Source: a virus (Duplodnaviria; Caudoviricetes). From it: 59,373 nt of DNA. The stretch is taken from the IMG/VR virus record IMGVR_UViG_3300043443_000423, positions 1 through 59,373 of that record. One strand, given 5' to 3'. The position numbers and the translations under genes were made by a program. Below, piece by piece: positions 37,545 through 48,300 of the stretch (positions within the stretch are counted from its first letter, which is position 1; each line of letters begins with the position of its first letter). The notes below the pieces were generated by a model. The model saw only the letters and a program-made list of their open reading frames with translations. It had not been told where the DNA came from and did not search any database.

Positions 37545-40500
37545 ATGATTCGGACGCTCCAAGACCTACGCAAGTTCGCAGGTCCCGATTGGAAAGATGT
37601 CAGTGATGAAGACCTGGTCACCGCGTATGCGAAGAAGGTCAACATCGATCCCGCCGAAGTCGGTATTCAACTCGGTATGTATGCGGGTGATGGGGGCAAG
37701 AACTCCAAGCGCCTGTCGTCGTCCATCGACAGCTACCAGGCCAACCTCTACGGTCTTGGAGAGGCGATTGCTGAGAAGGCTGGGTTCACCGGTGTTCAGG
37801 AGGCCATGGGTCGGCGTCGTCGCGCCAACGAGTTCGAAGCAGCCGTGCAGTCCCAACGCGCCAAGGAGATGGGCGCAGTCGATCGGTTCGCAGATGTCAA
37901 CAGTGCTTCGGACTTCGGGGACTACGCAGTCGGTCTAGGTATCCAGTCGCTTCCCTATCTGGGTGAGGCGCTCGGCGGCGGCGTGATCGGCCGTGGCGTG
38001 ATGATGGGTACCAAGGCAGCGTTAAGAGGTGCCGAAGCTGCGGGTGATGTTGCAGCCGCTAACCGTGCAAGAACCGCTCTCAATCGTGGTGCCACTGCAG
38101 GTGCAGTCGGTGCGTCTTACCCATCGGCCGTGGGCGATGTCCTGAGCAGTCAGCGGGATCAAGCAGACACGATGGACCTGGGCAGCGCAGCTGCACTCGG
38201 TATTCCCTACGCAGCACTCAACGCGTTTGGCCTCGAAGGGGCGCTGGCCCGTCGTTCGGGTTTCCGCTCGGGTATCGAAGCGCTGGACAACATCTCCGGC
38301 ATCAAGGGTGGACTCGCCCGCATGGGTGCAACAGGTCTTCGCACGGGCCTCACGGAAGCCGTCACCGAGACTGCACAGGAAGGTCTGAATCAAGTCGGCC
38401 GCATGCAGGTCGATCCCAACGAGACGTTCTTCAACGAGCGCTCCGCGGAACGCTTTCTCGAGTCGGCCATCGGCGGTGGGTTGCTCGGGGGTATTGGTGG
38501 TGCAGGGCTGGGCGGATGGCGTCGCTCCAAGCCGGTGGATCTTCTGGGAACCGCTAACCCCACGCCGCCCACGCAAGAAGAGATCGCTGCAGAACAAACA
38601 GCGGCAGCGCAAGCACAAACTGCTTCGGAGATTACTCAGTCACCGGCTCGAGTATCCAACGTCTTCTCGGAGCAGCAGCAACGCCTGATCGACATGGGGG
38701 TTCGCCCCACCAAGAAGGCCATGGATCTCCTCGAAGAGATCGATGCGAGCGGGCTTGCGCCCGAGCAGCTGACCGGTGTCACCACCGCGATGGCCCAGAA
38801 CAAATACAAGCGCGCGGCTACCTTGCTCGCCGACGCGATCATCGAAGCCAAGAAGAATCCTCAACCCGCAGCTGCTGCGCCCACTGCGCCAGTTGCACCT
38901 ACGCCCGCGCCTACCGATGTCAATCAAGCCCCTCAAGCCGTCCAAGCTCAAGAAGAAAAACCGAAAGTTCGAAGAGTCACAGCTGCAGAAGCAGCTGCCC
39001 AGCAGGCCGCAATTCAACCCCCTGCCGAAGTCCTTGGTGACCCCGCAGGAGCCGCCCCCGAAGCGCCCGTCGTAACGACGCCGCCTGCAGAACCTGTCGT
39101 CCAGCGCAAACAGAAACGGGTGGTCACTCCGACCGCTCCGGCCCAAGCGTTCGTCGCAGAAGAACCGGCTGAACAAACTGAGCCAGTTGTGGAAACACCA
39201 CAGGCCGCTGCACCCTTAGCTGAACAAGATCTCGCAGATATTGCAGAGGCCACCGGGCAAGGTGCGTTGGCACAAGCCCAGCAGGAAGAGGAAGCCGGAG
39301 CCCGTCAGGACGCCCCCGACGTTGACCCCAAGGAAGCCGCTAACCAGATTTTCCAAGTGGCGTTCCAAGGCTCGGCTAACCCGCAGCGCGACGCAGAGAT
39401 CGCGCAGGCCTACGTCACCTCGATGGCCAATGCACCCAAGGGGTCCAAGGCGAAGATCGCTGAGGCGATCGGTGCGAAGTACGGCATCGGTCCCAAGATG
39501 GTGGCCAAGCTCGGCAACACGACCAACCTGGTCGCTGCCGGAGAAAAGCTCGGCTACACGCCTCAGCAGGTGCGCGAAATCCTCGGCGTGGGCAACAACA
39601 CCAAGTCCGCCCCCAAGGCAGAACTGACGCCTGAGCAAGCCGACCGCCAGGAAGCCATGCAAGACCAAGCCGATCGTGCTGCGAAGTCGCAGGCGCTCGA
39701 GGCCGCGGGCATTTCCTCGGAGGAGGGTGAAACCTCCGGTCTGGGTGGTGACGACAAGTCGGAGACCTGGAAGCAGGGTGGTAAGGGCGCAGGCGACACC
39801 GCCAACGCCAAGGATGAGGCCATCGCCAACGAAGTCCAGTCGCTGCTAGAGAAACAAGACGAACTGCGCCAGACCGCTGAAGAACTGCGTGATCAAGGTC
39901 AGGACGAAGCTGCAGAGGCCATCGAAGCACAGATCAACTCGCTGGAAGGCAAAGTCGCCTCGGCGATGAAAAAGTACGAAACTTTCCTCCAGAGCAAAAA
40001 GAAGAAAAAAGCCAAGGCCAGCGAATCGGCCACGTCCGTCGAGCGTGCAGGCGAAGCCTGGGACAACGCGATCCAAGACATCGATGGAGCCCCACCCTGG
40101 GACAGCCTGACCGATGCGCAGCAGCAAGCCTTTGCAGACTTTGGTGAGGGCAATTGGAAGCTGAGCGACATCGCGTCGTTCGTGGATCGTCTCGATCGGG
40201 GCTTGGCCAAGAAAGGTAAGAAGGTTGCACCCAAGTCCTTCAAGGAACGCGAACTGGCCATGCTCCGCGGTGCGGAACTGGCTGAGCAACAACTGCGTGC
40301 CATCGGTATCGACAGGCCTGCTGACTTCGTCAGCGAGTACGAGTTCTATGAAGACTTCGATCCTGATGAGGTCGAGGGCGAGATCGTCCCGGATGGGCAG
40401 GGCGGTTATCTAATTCGTGTGAACCTGGCCAAGGTGTCCTCGGCAGCGGGTACAGCCCTTGTGATGACGCACGAAGTTGGCCACGCAGTGGACATGGGCC

Positions 40501-43500
40501 TGCACGGTGGGATCTATTCCGACCAGCCCGAAATGGGCGTGGCGATCGACAACAAACGCATCATCGGCACCGGTGCAGTGTCTCGAGAACTGCTCTCGCT
40601 CTACAAGTCTAATGACATCTTCCGGGAGCATTTCGCCTACCCGTTCGATACCAAGGCCTACCCTGAATTCTTGGACCAGCCCGTGCTGTTGCGTATCGAG
40701 ATGTTCGGGCAGCTGTTTGCGCTTTACGCTAACCCCAAAGGCCGTGCGCTGCTGAAGCAAGTCGCACCCGTCGCGTACAATTACATGCAGGAGGTGATGC
40801 AACATGTCCAGTCTGCAGGACCGATTCGAGAAAAGACGACAGAAGTTGCTGAAGAAAGAACCCGTACTTTCCAAGCTCGTGACACCTCCCGGCGTAGCGG
40901 AGCGTCAGGCGCGCGTAGCGGAAATGTTGGACAAAACCGACTTGCAAGCCGCCAAGCCCAAACAGGATCTCAAAGGCTAGGTGGGCTTCCACCGCAGTTC
41001 CAAGAGCCGGTTCGCAACACCGTCGAGCGCCTGCAGGATGCAGGGCGCTACGTCCTCAACAACTTCACGTTTACCGAAGACCTGATCAACCGGGCCAAGT
41101 CGCTGGGCATCACCGCGGCGGGCCAACTGCAGACCATCTACCGCCAACGCGCTTCGCTGCAAGGCAGGCTCGAGCGCGACGTGGAACGCGTCGCACAGCT
41201 GTACAACAAGGTGCCCGAGCAAGAGCGTGGCACCGGCCCATCGTCAGTCAACAAGTTCATCTACGACGCCACCCGCGAAGGCAAGTGGGGGTTCGAGCCT
41301 GACTGGAGGCAGAAGAAGCCTCCGATGGACGCTGCCATGCAGCGCCGCTTCGATGGACTGTCGAAAGAATCCCAGGCTCTGGTTCGTGCCGTCTTCAAGC
41401 ATGGCGACGATGTATTGGCCGAGAAGAAGCGCACCGTGCAGGACGCGATCAACGGCGAGTACGACCAGGCCATCAAGGATGCCCAAGCAGCAGGTGAGAC
41501 CGCGAAAGTCACCAAGCTCACCAACGCGAAGAACCAGCAGGTCAAGAAGTTCCAGTCGCTGCTCAAGCTCACCGAGTTCAAGCCCTACGCGCCCATGAAG
41601 CGCTTCGGGGACTACGTCGTCATCGCCCGTTCGGCGAAGTACATGGCGGCAACCCCTGCGGAGAAGACCAAGCTCGAGTCGAGCCCCGATGACTACCACG
41701 TCAACTTTGCGGAGTCTCCTGCCGCAGCGCGTGAGATGCAGCGTGAGCTAGAAGCCCAAGGCTCGTTTGCAGAAGTGATCGTGCGGGAGAAAGAGAAAGC
41801 CCAAGGCGAGATGTACAACGGCACGTTGGACGCCTTCACGAAACTTCGTGCAGCGGTGGAATCCGATCTGGCCAACACCACCGACCCCAAGCAAAAGGCT
41901 GCGGTCAACCGCATGCAGGGCATCATCACCGAGCTCTATCTGTCGTCGTTGGCCGAGTCGTCCGCGCGAAAGGCCGAGATGCGCCGCCGTGGGGTCTCCG
42001 GTGAGTTGGACATGCTGCGTTCGTTTGCCACCCAGGGGCGCGCCGATGCGATGTTCCTTGCGTCGGCCAAGTACAGCGATGCGTCCTTCAAGGCCATCAA
42101 CGAGATGCGCAAGCAGGTCAAGGCAGGTGGCAATCAGCTGGCCAAGTCGGAGACCTTCAACGAAATCATGGCGCGGCACTTTGCCTCGCTGAAGTACGAC
42201 TACTCCCCATTTACCGATCGGGTCACTCGACTCACGTCGATCTGGTTCCTTGCGACCAGCCCGATGTACTACCTGCAGAACTTGACCCAGCCTTTCATGA
42301 TGTCGTTGCCGTTCATGACCAAGCGGCACTCATACGCGGCGTCGGCCTCCGAGCTCATCAAGGCGTACACGGACCTGGGTCCGATGTTCAAGAACCTGAA
42401 GTTGGGCGAGCAGTTCAACTTCGCTGCCGCCCCGGCAGACGTTCGCGCAGCGATCTCGGAGTTGGTGGACCGCGGGCGTATCGACATCGGCATCAACACG
42501 GAACTGGGCAAGATCCAGTTGGAAGAGGGCAGCGCACTGCGCCGGGGTTGGAACAAGGTCGATCGTTACCTCTCCGACTTGTCGCAGAAGATGGAAGCCG
42601 TCAACCGGTTGTCCACCGCGATCGCTGCCTACCGCATGGAGATGAAGAAGCCCGGAGCCACTGCGGCCTCGGCGCTCGAATACGCGGACTCGGTTCTGGC
42701 CCAGACGCACGGCGATTACACCCGCATCAATGCACCCAGAGCGTTCAACACGAACCTCGGACGGGTGATGTTGCAGTTCCGCAAGTTCCAGCTGATTCAG
42801 CTGACCCTGATGGCCAAGTTGATCAAGGACCTGAAGGATCCCAAGGAGCGGGCTGCAGCAGGCAAGGCGCTCGCATTCATCCTTGGCCACACCGCAGTGA
42901 TGGCCGGTGCCGTCGGTCTACCAGGGTTCGCAACGATCTCCTGGCTGCTGGGCAAGGTGTTGGGCGATGACGATGAGCCGTTCGATCTGGAGGTGGCGCT
43001 GCGGGAGGTGATTGGAGACAACGATGTCGCGAGCCTGATCCTGCGCGGAGCGCCCACCGTGGCTGGGGTTGACCTGTCTGGCAAGGTTGGTATGGGCAAC
43101 CTGCTGGCGATCCTGCCGTTCAACGACCTCGATCTGTCCGCTCGCTCCGGTGTGGAGTCGGCGATGGCGAACCTGCTGGGTGGTCCGTTCGGTGGCTTGG
43201 TCATCCGTGCAGCCGATGGCTTGGGTCTGATCTCCAAGGGCGACTACTACAAGGGTCTCGAGCAGCTGCTGCCCACCGGTATCTCCAACGCCATGAAGGG
43301 CTACCGCACGGCCACCGACGGGGTGACCCGGCGCAACGGCGACGTGCTTGTTTCGGCAGAAGAGGTTGGGGCGCTAAGCGGGTTTGCTCAAGCCTTGGGC
43401 ATTCCACTGTCCAGCACCACCGAGCGCACGTTGCTCAGCAAGTACAAGTTGGACACCGAGGAAGGGCTGCGCAACGCGGCCACCCGGATCAAGAACGACT

Positions 43501-43739
43501 TCCTCAAGGCCCGCAAAGAGGGCGATGGCGAAGCGATGGGCGAAGCCCGCGAAGCCTGGATGCAGCTTCAGGACAGACGCATGGAGCTCGGGTTCTCCCG
43601 CCAGCCGATGTCTGGATTGCTCAATGCCTCGAAAGAGCAAAGCGGTCGGGAGCGCAACACGATCGGCGGGATTCAGTTTGACAAAAACAGCCGCAGGTTC
43701 GTTGAGAACCTGGTTGAAGACGATGAAAGTGAGGATTGA
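37545..43739 (+). CDS. Large polyvalent ejection protein (zincin-like HEXXH and PLxRFG domain)
   Basis: 2064 aa; THEVGHAVD; YAPMKRFGDY; Gly-rich hydrophobic ends. Confidence 0.8.
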   Translation: MIRTLQDLRKFAGPDWKDVSDEDLVTAYAKKVNIDPAEVGIQLGMYAGDGGKNSKRLSSSIDSYQANLYGLGEAIAEKAGFTGVQEAMGRRRRANEFEAAVQSQRAKEMGAVDRFADVNSASDFGDYAVGLGIQSLPYLGEALGGGVIGRGVMMGTKAALRGAEAAGDVAAANRARTALNRGATAGAVGASYPSAVGDVLSSQRDQADTMDLGSAAALGIPYAALNAFGLEGALARRSGFRSGIEALDNISGIKGGLARMGATGLRTGLTEAVTETAQEGLNQVGRMQVDPNETFFNERSAERFLESAIGGGLLGGIGGAGLGGWRRSKPVDLLGTANPTPPTQEEIAAEQTAAAQAQTASEITQSPARVSNVFSEQQQRLIDMGVRPTKKAMDLLEEIDASGLAPEQLTGVTTAMAQNKYKRAATLLADAIIEAKKNPQPAAAAPTAPVAPTPAPTDVNQAPQAVQAQEEKPKVRRVTAAEAAAQQAAIQPPAEVLGDPAGAAPEAPVVTTPPAEPVVQRKQKRVVTPTAPAQAFVAEEPAEQTEPVVETPQAAAPLAEQDLADIAEATGQGALAQAQQEEEAGARQDAPDVDPKEAANQIFQVAFQGSANPQRDAEIAQAYVTSMANAPKGSKAKIAEAIGAKYGIGPKMVAKLGNTTNLVAAGEKLGYTPQQVREILGVGNNTKSAPKAELTPEQADRQEAMQDQADRAAKSQALEAAGISSEEGETSGLGGDDKSETWKQGGKGAGDTANAKDEAIANEVQSLLEKQDELRQTAEELRDQGQDEAAEAIEAQINSLEGKVASAMKKYETFLQSKKKKKAKASESATSVERAGEAWDNAIQDIDGAPPWDSLTDAQQQAFADFGEGNWKLSDIASFVDRLDRGLAKKGKKVAPKSFKERELAMLRGAELAEQQLRAIGIDRPADFVSEYEFYEDFDPDEVEGEIVPDGQGGYLIRVNLAKVSSAAGTALVMTHEVGHAVDMGLHGGIYSDQPEMGVAIDNKRIIGTGAVSRELLSLYKSNDIFREHFAYPFDTKAYPEFLDQPVLLRIEMFGQLFALYANPKGRALLKQVAPVAYNYMQEVMQHVQSAGPIREKTTEVAEERTRTFQARDTSRRSGASGARSGNVGQNRLASRQAQTGSQRLGGLPPQFQEPVRNTVERLQDAGRYVLNNFTFTEDLINRAKSLGITAAGQLQTIYRQRASLQGRLERDVERVAQLYNKVPEQERGTGPSSVNKFIYDATREGKWGFEPDWRQKKPPMDAAMQRRFDGLSKESQALVRAVFKHGDDVLAEKKRTVQDAINGEYDQAIKDAQAAGETAKVTKLTNAKNQQVKKFQSLLKLTEFKPYAPMKRFGDYVVIARSAKYMAATPAEKTKLESSPDDYHVNFAESPAAAREMQRELEAQGSFAEVIVREKEKAQGEMYNGTLDAFTKLRAAVESDLANTTDPKQKAAVNRMQGIITELYLSSLAESSARKAEMRRRGVSGELDMLRSFATQGRADAMFLASAKYSDASFKAINEMRKQVKAGGNQLAKSETFNEIMARHFASLKYDYSPFTDRVTRLTSIWFLATSPMYYLQNLTQPFMMSLPFMTKRHSYAASASELIKAYTDLGPMFKNLKLGEQFNFAAAPADVRAAISELVDRGRIDIGINTELGKIQLEEGSALRRGWNKVDRYLSDLSQKMEAVNRLSTAIAAYRMEMKKPGATAASALEYADSVLAQTHGDYTRINAPRAFNTNLGRVMLQFRKFQLIQLTLMAKLIKDLKDPKERAAAGKALAFILGHTAVMAGAVGLPGFATISWLLGKVLGDDDEPFDLEVALREVIGDNDVASLILRGAPTVAGVDLSGKVGMGNLLAILPFNDLDLSARSGVESAMANLLGGPFGGLVIRAADGLGLISKGDYYKGLEQLLPTGISNAMKGYRTATDGVTRRNGDVLVSAEEVGALSGFAQALGIPLSSTTERTLLSKYKLDTEEGLRNAATRIKNDFLKARKEGDGEAMGEAREAWMQLQDRRMELGFSRQPMSGLLNASKEQSGRERNTIGGIQFDKNSRRFVENLVEDDESED

Positions 43740-43741
43740 TC

Positions 43742-43990
43742 ATGGCCAAGACACCAGCCTGGCAGCGTAAAGAGGGACAGAACAAGAATGGTGGACTGAA
43801 CGCCAAGGGGCGTGCGTCCTACAACAAGGCAACCGGTGGGAATTTGAAGCCACCCCAGCCTGAGGGTGGGTCCCGGCGCGATTCGTTTTGCGCCAGGATG
43901 GAAGGGATGCGTAAGAAGCTGACTTCAGCCAAGACCGCCAACGATCCCAACAGCCGCATCAACAAGAGCCTTCGGGCGTGGAAGTGCTGA
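43742..43990 (+). CDS. DUF6321-like small basic protein
   Basis: PAWQRKEGQNKNGGLNAKGRASYN..RRDSFCARM..SLRAWKC. Confidence 0.75.
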   Translation: MAKTPAWQRKEGQNKNGGLNAKGRASYNKATGGNLKPPQPEGGSRRDSFCARMEGMRKKLTSAKTANDPNSRINKSLRAWKC

Positions 43991-43994
43991 AACT

Positions 43995-44180
43995 TAGGTA
44001 CGAATTTGGTACACAATTGCTGAAAAACAACGCTATCGGTGTACCATGCACTGCGCTGTAAGTGATTGAATTTACATCAGAATCTAACGCAGTGTTGTAA
44101 AAATGGTGCTGATGAGATGGGGGCAGGATTCCAGGATTCATGCGGGTTTCCTGGCGTTCAGTTACAGCATTGGTACAGAA
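43995..44180. other. Putative attP with tRNA 3'-end core
   Basis: 44104-44116 reverse complement CTCATCAGCACCA (tRNA-Thr-like end); TGGTACA arm-like repeats at 44007, 44040, 44171; IHF-like site 44059-44071. Confidence 0.65.
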
Positions 44181-44187
44181 TGCCCCC

Positions 44188-45213
44188 ATGCCGACGTACC
44201 AAGAACGCGATGGCCGGATTCGCGCAATCATCCGGTTGAAGGGTCATCCCACTGTCTCTAAGACGTTTGCCAGCAAGACAAGGGCAAAGCAGTGGGCGAC
44301 CACGACCGAAGCCGCCATGATTCAGGGTGACTACACCAACCCAACCAAGCTCACGTTCAGGGACGTTGCCCAGCGCTACCTCGAGGAAGAGGAGTGCGAT
44401 CGGTGGGTGAGCAACCGACTGAAGTCGTTGCTGCGGGATGAGAAGTGGGTGGACTGGTCACTGACGGACTGTCAGGACGCGATGGCTGCTTGGATCGACA
44501 AGCGCCGCAGGGAAGTCAAGCCCAACACCGTCAGGCGCGAAGCCGCGATCGTCTCGAGTTTGATGACACATGCCATGAAGCGATGGAGGATCAAACTCGG
44601 ATCAAACCCCATGCGGGGCGTCGAGCTTCCACCCAAGGACAAACCCCGCAACCGCCGGGTCAAGCCCTCCGAGATCGATGCGCTGTGGGATCGCTTCGGC
44701 CATACCGCAACGACGTTGCGTTCCTACATTCCGTGGATGTTCGAGTTCGCCTGCGAGACCGGCATGCGGCTGGGCGAGATCACGGCCATCGAGTGGGAGC
44801 ACATCAACACCGAGGAGCGCTGGGTCCTGGTGGCCAAGTCAAAGAACGGGGATTCGAGGCATGCGCTGCTGACGGTGCGAGCGCTTCAGTTGTTGGAGAA
44901 GTTGCCCAGGCGGGCAGACCGGGTGTTCCCGGTCAACAAGGATTCGTTCGGGACCGAGTTCCGAGAAGCGACCAAGGCGCTGGGCTTTGCCGACCTGCAC
45001 TTCCACGACAGCCGTCACGAGGCTTGCACGAGGCTTGCCAGGTTTCTGACTGTCATGGAGCTTGCCCGCGTGATCGGCCATCGCGACCTGCGATCGTTGA
45101 TGGTCTACTACAACCCTACTGCTGCGGAGTTGGCTGGGAAGTTGGACGGTGCTGCTGCACCCAAGCCTCTACATCCTCAACAGCCCACATCAGTTTCCGA
45201 CTGGGTAGATTGA
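44188..45213 (+). CDS. int: Tyrosine integrase
   Basis: TGMRLGEI, SKNG, FHDSRHEA, IGH, VYY catalytic set. Confidence 0.95.
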   Translation: MPTYQERDGRIRAIIRLKGHPTVSKTFASKTRAKQWATTTEAAMIQGDYTNPTKLTFRDVAQRYLEEEECDRWVSNRLKSLLRDEKWVDWSLTDCQDAMAAWIDKRRREVKPNTVRREAAIVSSLMTHAMKRWRIKLGSNPMRGVELPPKDKPRNRRVKPSEIDALWDRFGHTATTLRSYIPWMFEFACETGMRLGEITAIEWEHINTEERWVLVAKSKNGDSRHALLTVRALQLLEKLPRRADRVFPVNKDSFGTEFREATKALGFADLHFHDSRHEACTRLARFLTVMELARVIGHRDLRSLMVYYNPTAAELAGKLDGAAAPKPLHPQQPTSVSDWVD

Positions 45214-45319
45214 GTCGAGGGGGCAGCTTCTCGGGAAACCGTGATGCGTACTGCTGTACGGTCCGTACAGGAAGGCTCAGTGCTTCGGCAAGACCTTTGG
45301 CGTCGAGTGTTAGTTTCAT
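45116..45319 (-). CDS. Excisionase / AlpA-like HTH
   Basis: LDAKGLAEALSLPVRTV..LPPRL..WAVEDVEAWV. Confidence 0.8.
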   Translation of the reverse strand: MKLTLDAKGLAEALSLPVRTVQQYASRFPEKLPPRLNLPSRKLMWAVEDVEAWVQQHRPTSQPTPQQ

Positions 45320-45328
45320 GGTCAGTTA

Positions 45329-45356
45329 GGAAAAAGTCCCCGGCGTTGCGCCGGGG
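45329..45356 (-). terminator. Rho-independent terminator after primase
   Basis: CCCCGGCG-CAA-CGCCGGGG then ACTTTTT. Confidence 0.8.
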
Positions 45357-45392
45357 TAATCACAAGGAGACTAACAAATGGCACTTGAATCA

Positions 45393-48300
45393 TCATGATA
45401 CACCGCCGACCGCTTTGATGTCAGTAACTACAGCAGGGTTTGGCACGATGGTTAGGTGGTCCTTGTCGATCTTGTAAGCGTCTACCACGATACAACGTGC
45501 CTGGATGGACGGTACATCGGTCCCGCGGGTCAATGTCAGCTTTTCGCTGCGGTTCACCAGTGCGCCATCAGCGCTCAGTTGGTTCAACAGCGCTTCATAG
45601 TCCACCCGGTTCTTCGTACACCAGTCCCGCACGTCGCGTTGGTTGAGCATGATGTGGCCAGCGTGCTCCGGTTCGTCGGGTCTACCCAACACGTAACGTC
45701 CTGCGATCGCACCGTTGACACGGTTGCGTGGGCTCTCCGGGCCTCGCTTGCTGCGCTTGTCGCGATAGGTGTCGGTCACCAGGATGCGTGGGGTGAGATC
45801 GGCCATCATGCGGTTGAAGGCTTCCTCCATCGTCACGGTGTTCATCGTCGTGACCTGCTCGGCCAGCTGCTGCAGCAAGGTGATGGTGAACGCTTCAAGG
45901 CGCTGCAGATCGAACTCGATGATCCCGAGATCCTTCGCCACGCGAGCGATGACCAGGGTGCAGGCTGCATGTGCCCGATAGAACCGATACTTCGGCCCCG
46001 GTAGATGGGTGGCCAAGTCGTTGCCCACCGTGCGCAACTCCGTCATCAGGCTTCGGCTGTGCTGCGCGACATACTGGATCATCGCTTCACCGGCCGCACC
46101 GCGGTTGGCCTTCATGGTGTCCACGCACTGGCGTACGAGCTCGGCCTCTTGGCCATCATCGTCGTGGAGCTTGATGCGCGGGTAGCTATCCACGTTGATC
46201 TGAATAAGACGTACTGCCTCGGCTTGTGAGTTCGCTTGTGTGGATGCAAGCAGCCCGTGGAAGTCTTTGTTGCCCGTGATGAACGGTGAGAACTGCCAGG
46301 TGATCGTATCGGCGAACTGCACCGAGCCACCCTTGGAAGTCATGCGCAGCTTGCCCTGACCGTTGGAGACACCGTAGGCCAGGTCCGAGAACATCTCGGG
46401 GTCCATGTTGGTCAACTCATCGAGCAGCACCGGCACGTTGTTGAAGGTGCCGAGAAACGACCACAGCGCGTTGTAGGTGAACCCGTCCTTGGAGTGACGC
46501 GTCATCTCCTTGGCATCACCGAAGGCGTACATCGATGCGAAGCAGGCGGTGGTCTTACCCTTGCCGCTGTCCCCACCGCGCAGTGCAACGAGCAGGCCGT
46601 TGAACAACTCCTCACCCGAGAACGGCGTGAGCACCGAGCCCCAGCCCGAGCAGATCGCGTACTGGAAATGCTCGACACCCGGACGGTTGTATAGAAAGTT
46701 GAGCGCCTCGGCATACTGGGTCACGGACCCGGAGGTGTAAGCGAACGCTGGAGAGAACTTCGATGCACCGCCCCCTACGAGTACCCGACGCACCGATCCG
46801 TCCTTGTGGATCAGACGGTCACCGAGCAGGAACGACTCTTCGTTGTTCTTCCACCCGAAGGTGGTCAGTGTGTTGACTTCTTCGACGTTGCGCATCAGCG
46901 CATCGAGTTGGTCTCTAAGGTAAGCAGCCATGTGCAGTCCCGAGTCTTTGTGGTTCGATTGACGCAGTTCGTACTTGGCGAGCGAGCGCAGCATGTCGGT
47001 CTGAGAGGCCATGGCCTCCGAGCTCATCTCGAAGTCACGCACCTTCTTGTTGGGCAAGTGCATGCGAATGCCAATGCGATACGTGCCGTCCTCGGAACGA
47101 ATCCTCGAGATGGGGTAAAAGAGAATGGACGAGAAGGTCAGGGCGTGAATCACTCCATCCTTGTCCGTCATCAAGCGTGCAAGCAGCCCGTTCGACCACT
47201 GGTATCCGTTGGGGAGAGCCGGTGCAACGACTTCCTCGAGCTTCCCATCATCGAACTGCACTTCAACCTTGGGTTCGACGGCGATGGGAATGACCCGACC
47301 TAGAACGATCGGCGAGCGGATCTTGCCTTTGAACTCACAGCCTTCGCACCCAGCGGGGTTGATCTTCTCGAAGAAGTCACAGGTGGTCGGGCCTGATGTC
47401 CATGTGTCGTAGCGCGTACGCCAGTCGAGTTGAGAGTGCCCAGTGGCCTCTCGTTCAACGGACCATGTCTCTGCGAGCTCTTCGCCATCGATACAGTGCG
47501 TTAGCAGCCCGATCACGCCTCTCCAGTGCTCATAACTCACATCACCCTGGGTGTCTCGCATCGCTGCGATCTGGGCGCATTTGGAGGCTGCAGTGTCCCC
47601 TGAGGATTCAATCTCTGGGAAGTTTGCGAGATGGGCGGTCAGGTCTGAGTTGAGATCGGCGTTTGCAGGTGCGCTCCGCTTGGGAGACTCTCTTACCGCC
47701 TTGACATGGTTGTCTTTGGCGTACTGCGTAAGCGCATCTGCTAACACCTTCGGTTCAGAGACTTGACCTTCGCGCCGCAGCTTGACGGCTTTTTCCTGAT
47801 CGTTCTTGCGGTTGTGGGTGCCTGGGGTCCTGAGGATCGATGCGAAGTCTGCTGTCCGTGTCGGATCGGCTAACACGCCTGCGTGGGCAAGAGAGGCCTT
47901 GAGCAGAACTGCGACCTTCCTCCAAGAGGCTGCGCTGATCGTCCTATTCAACGGCCAGTAGCAGTGCAGTCCATTGCCTGAGTCCACCACGGTGGGGCGT
48001 GGCCAACCGATGATGTCGCTGAACTTGAAGATCTTCGTTAACGCGATGGTCTTGTCGAGATAGCCTTCGCCGCTGTCGTGCTTGGCCTGACCGCAGTCAA
48101 TGTCCACCCAGAACGCTTTGGCGCGATTCCAGTTCTCTTCAACGCGGTACTTGCGCCTGGGCTTGCCCCAGTCGTTGGTCTCTTCAAGCTCGATGTAGGG
48201 CCGTAGATAGCCACCACAGGCGTGGTACACGCCGATGTAGTCAGGGTCTTGATCAAACTCGATGGCTGCGAACGCCATCGACTCCAGGTCGGAGTAGGAC

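Noticed and set aside
44095-44140. Complete tRNA gene
   Set aside because: Only a 3' acceptor-end match; no TTCRA T-loop or 5' half
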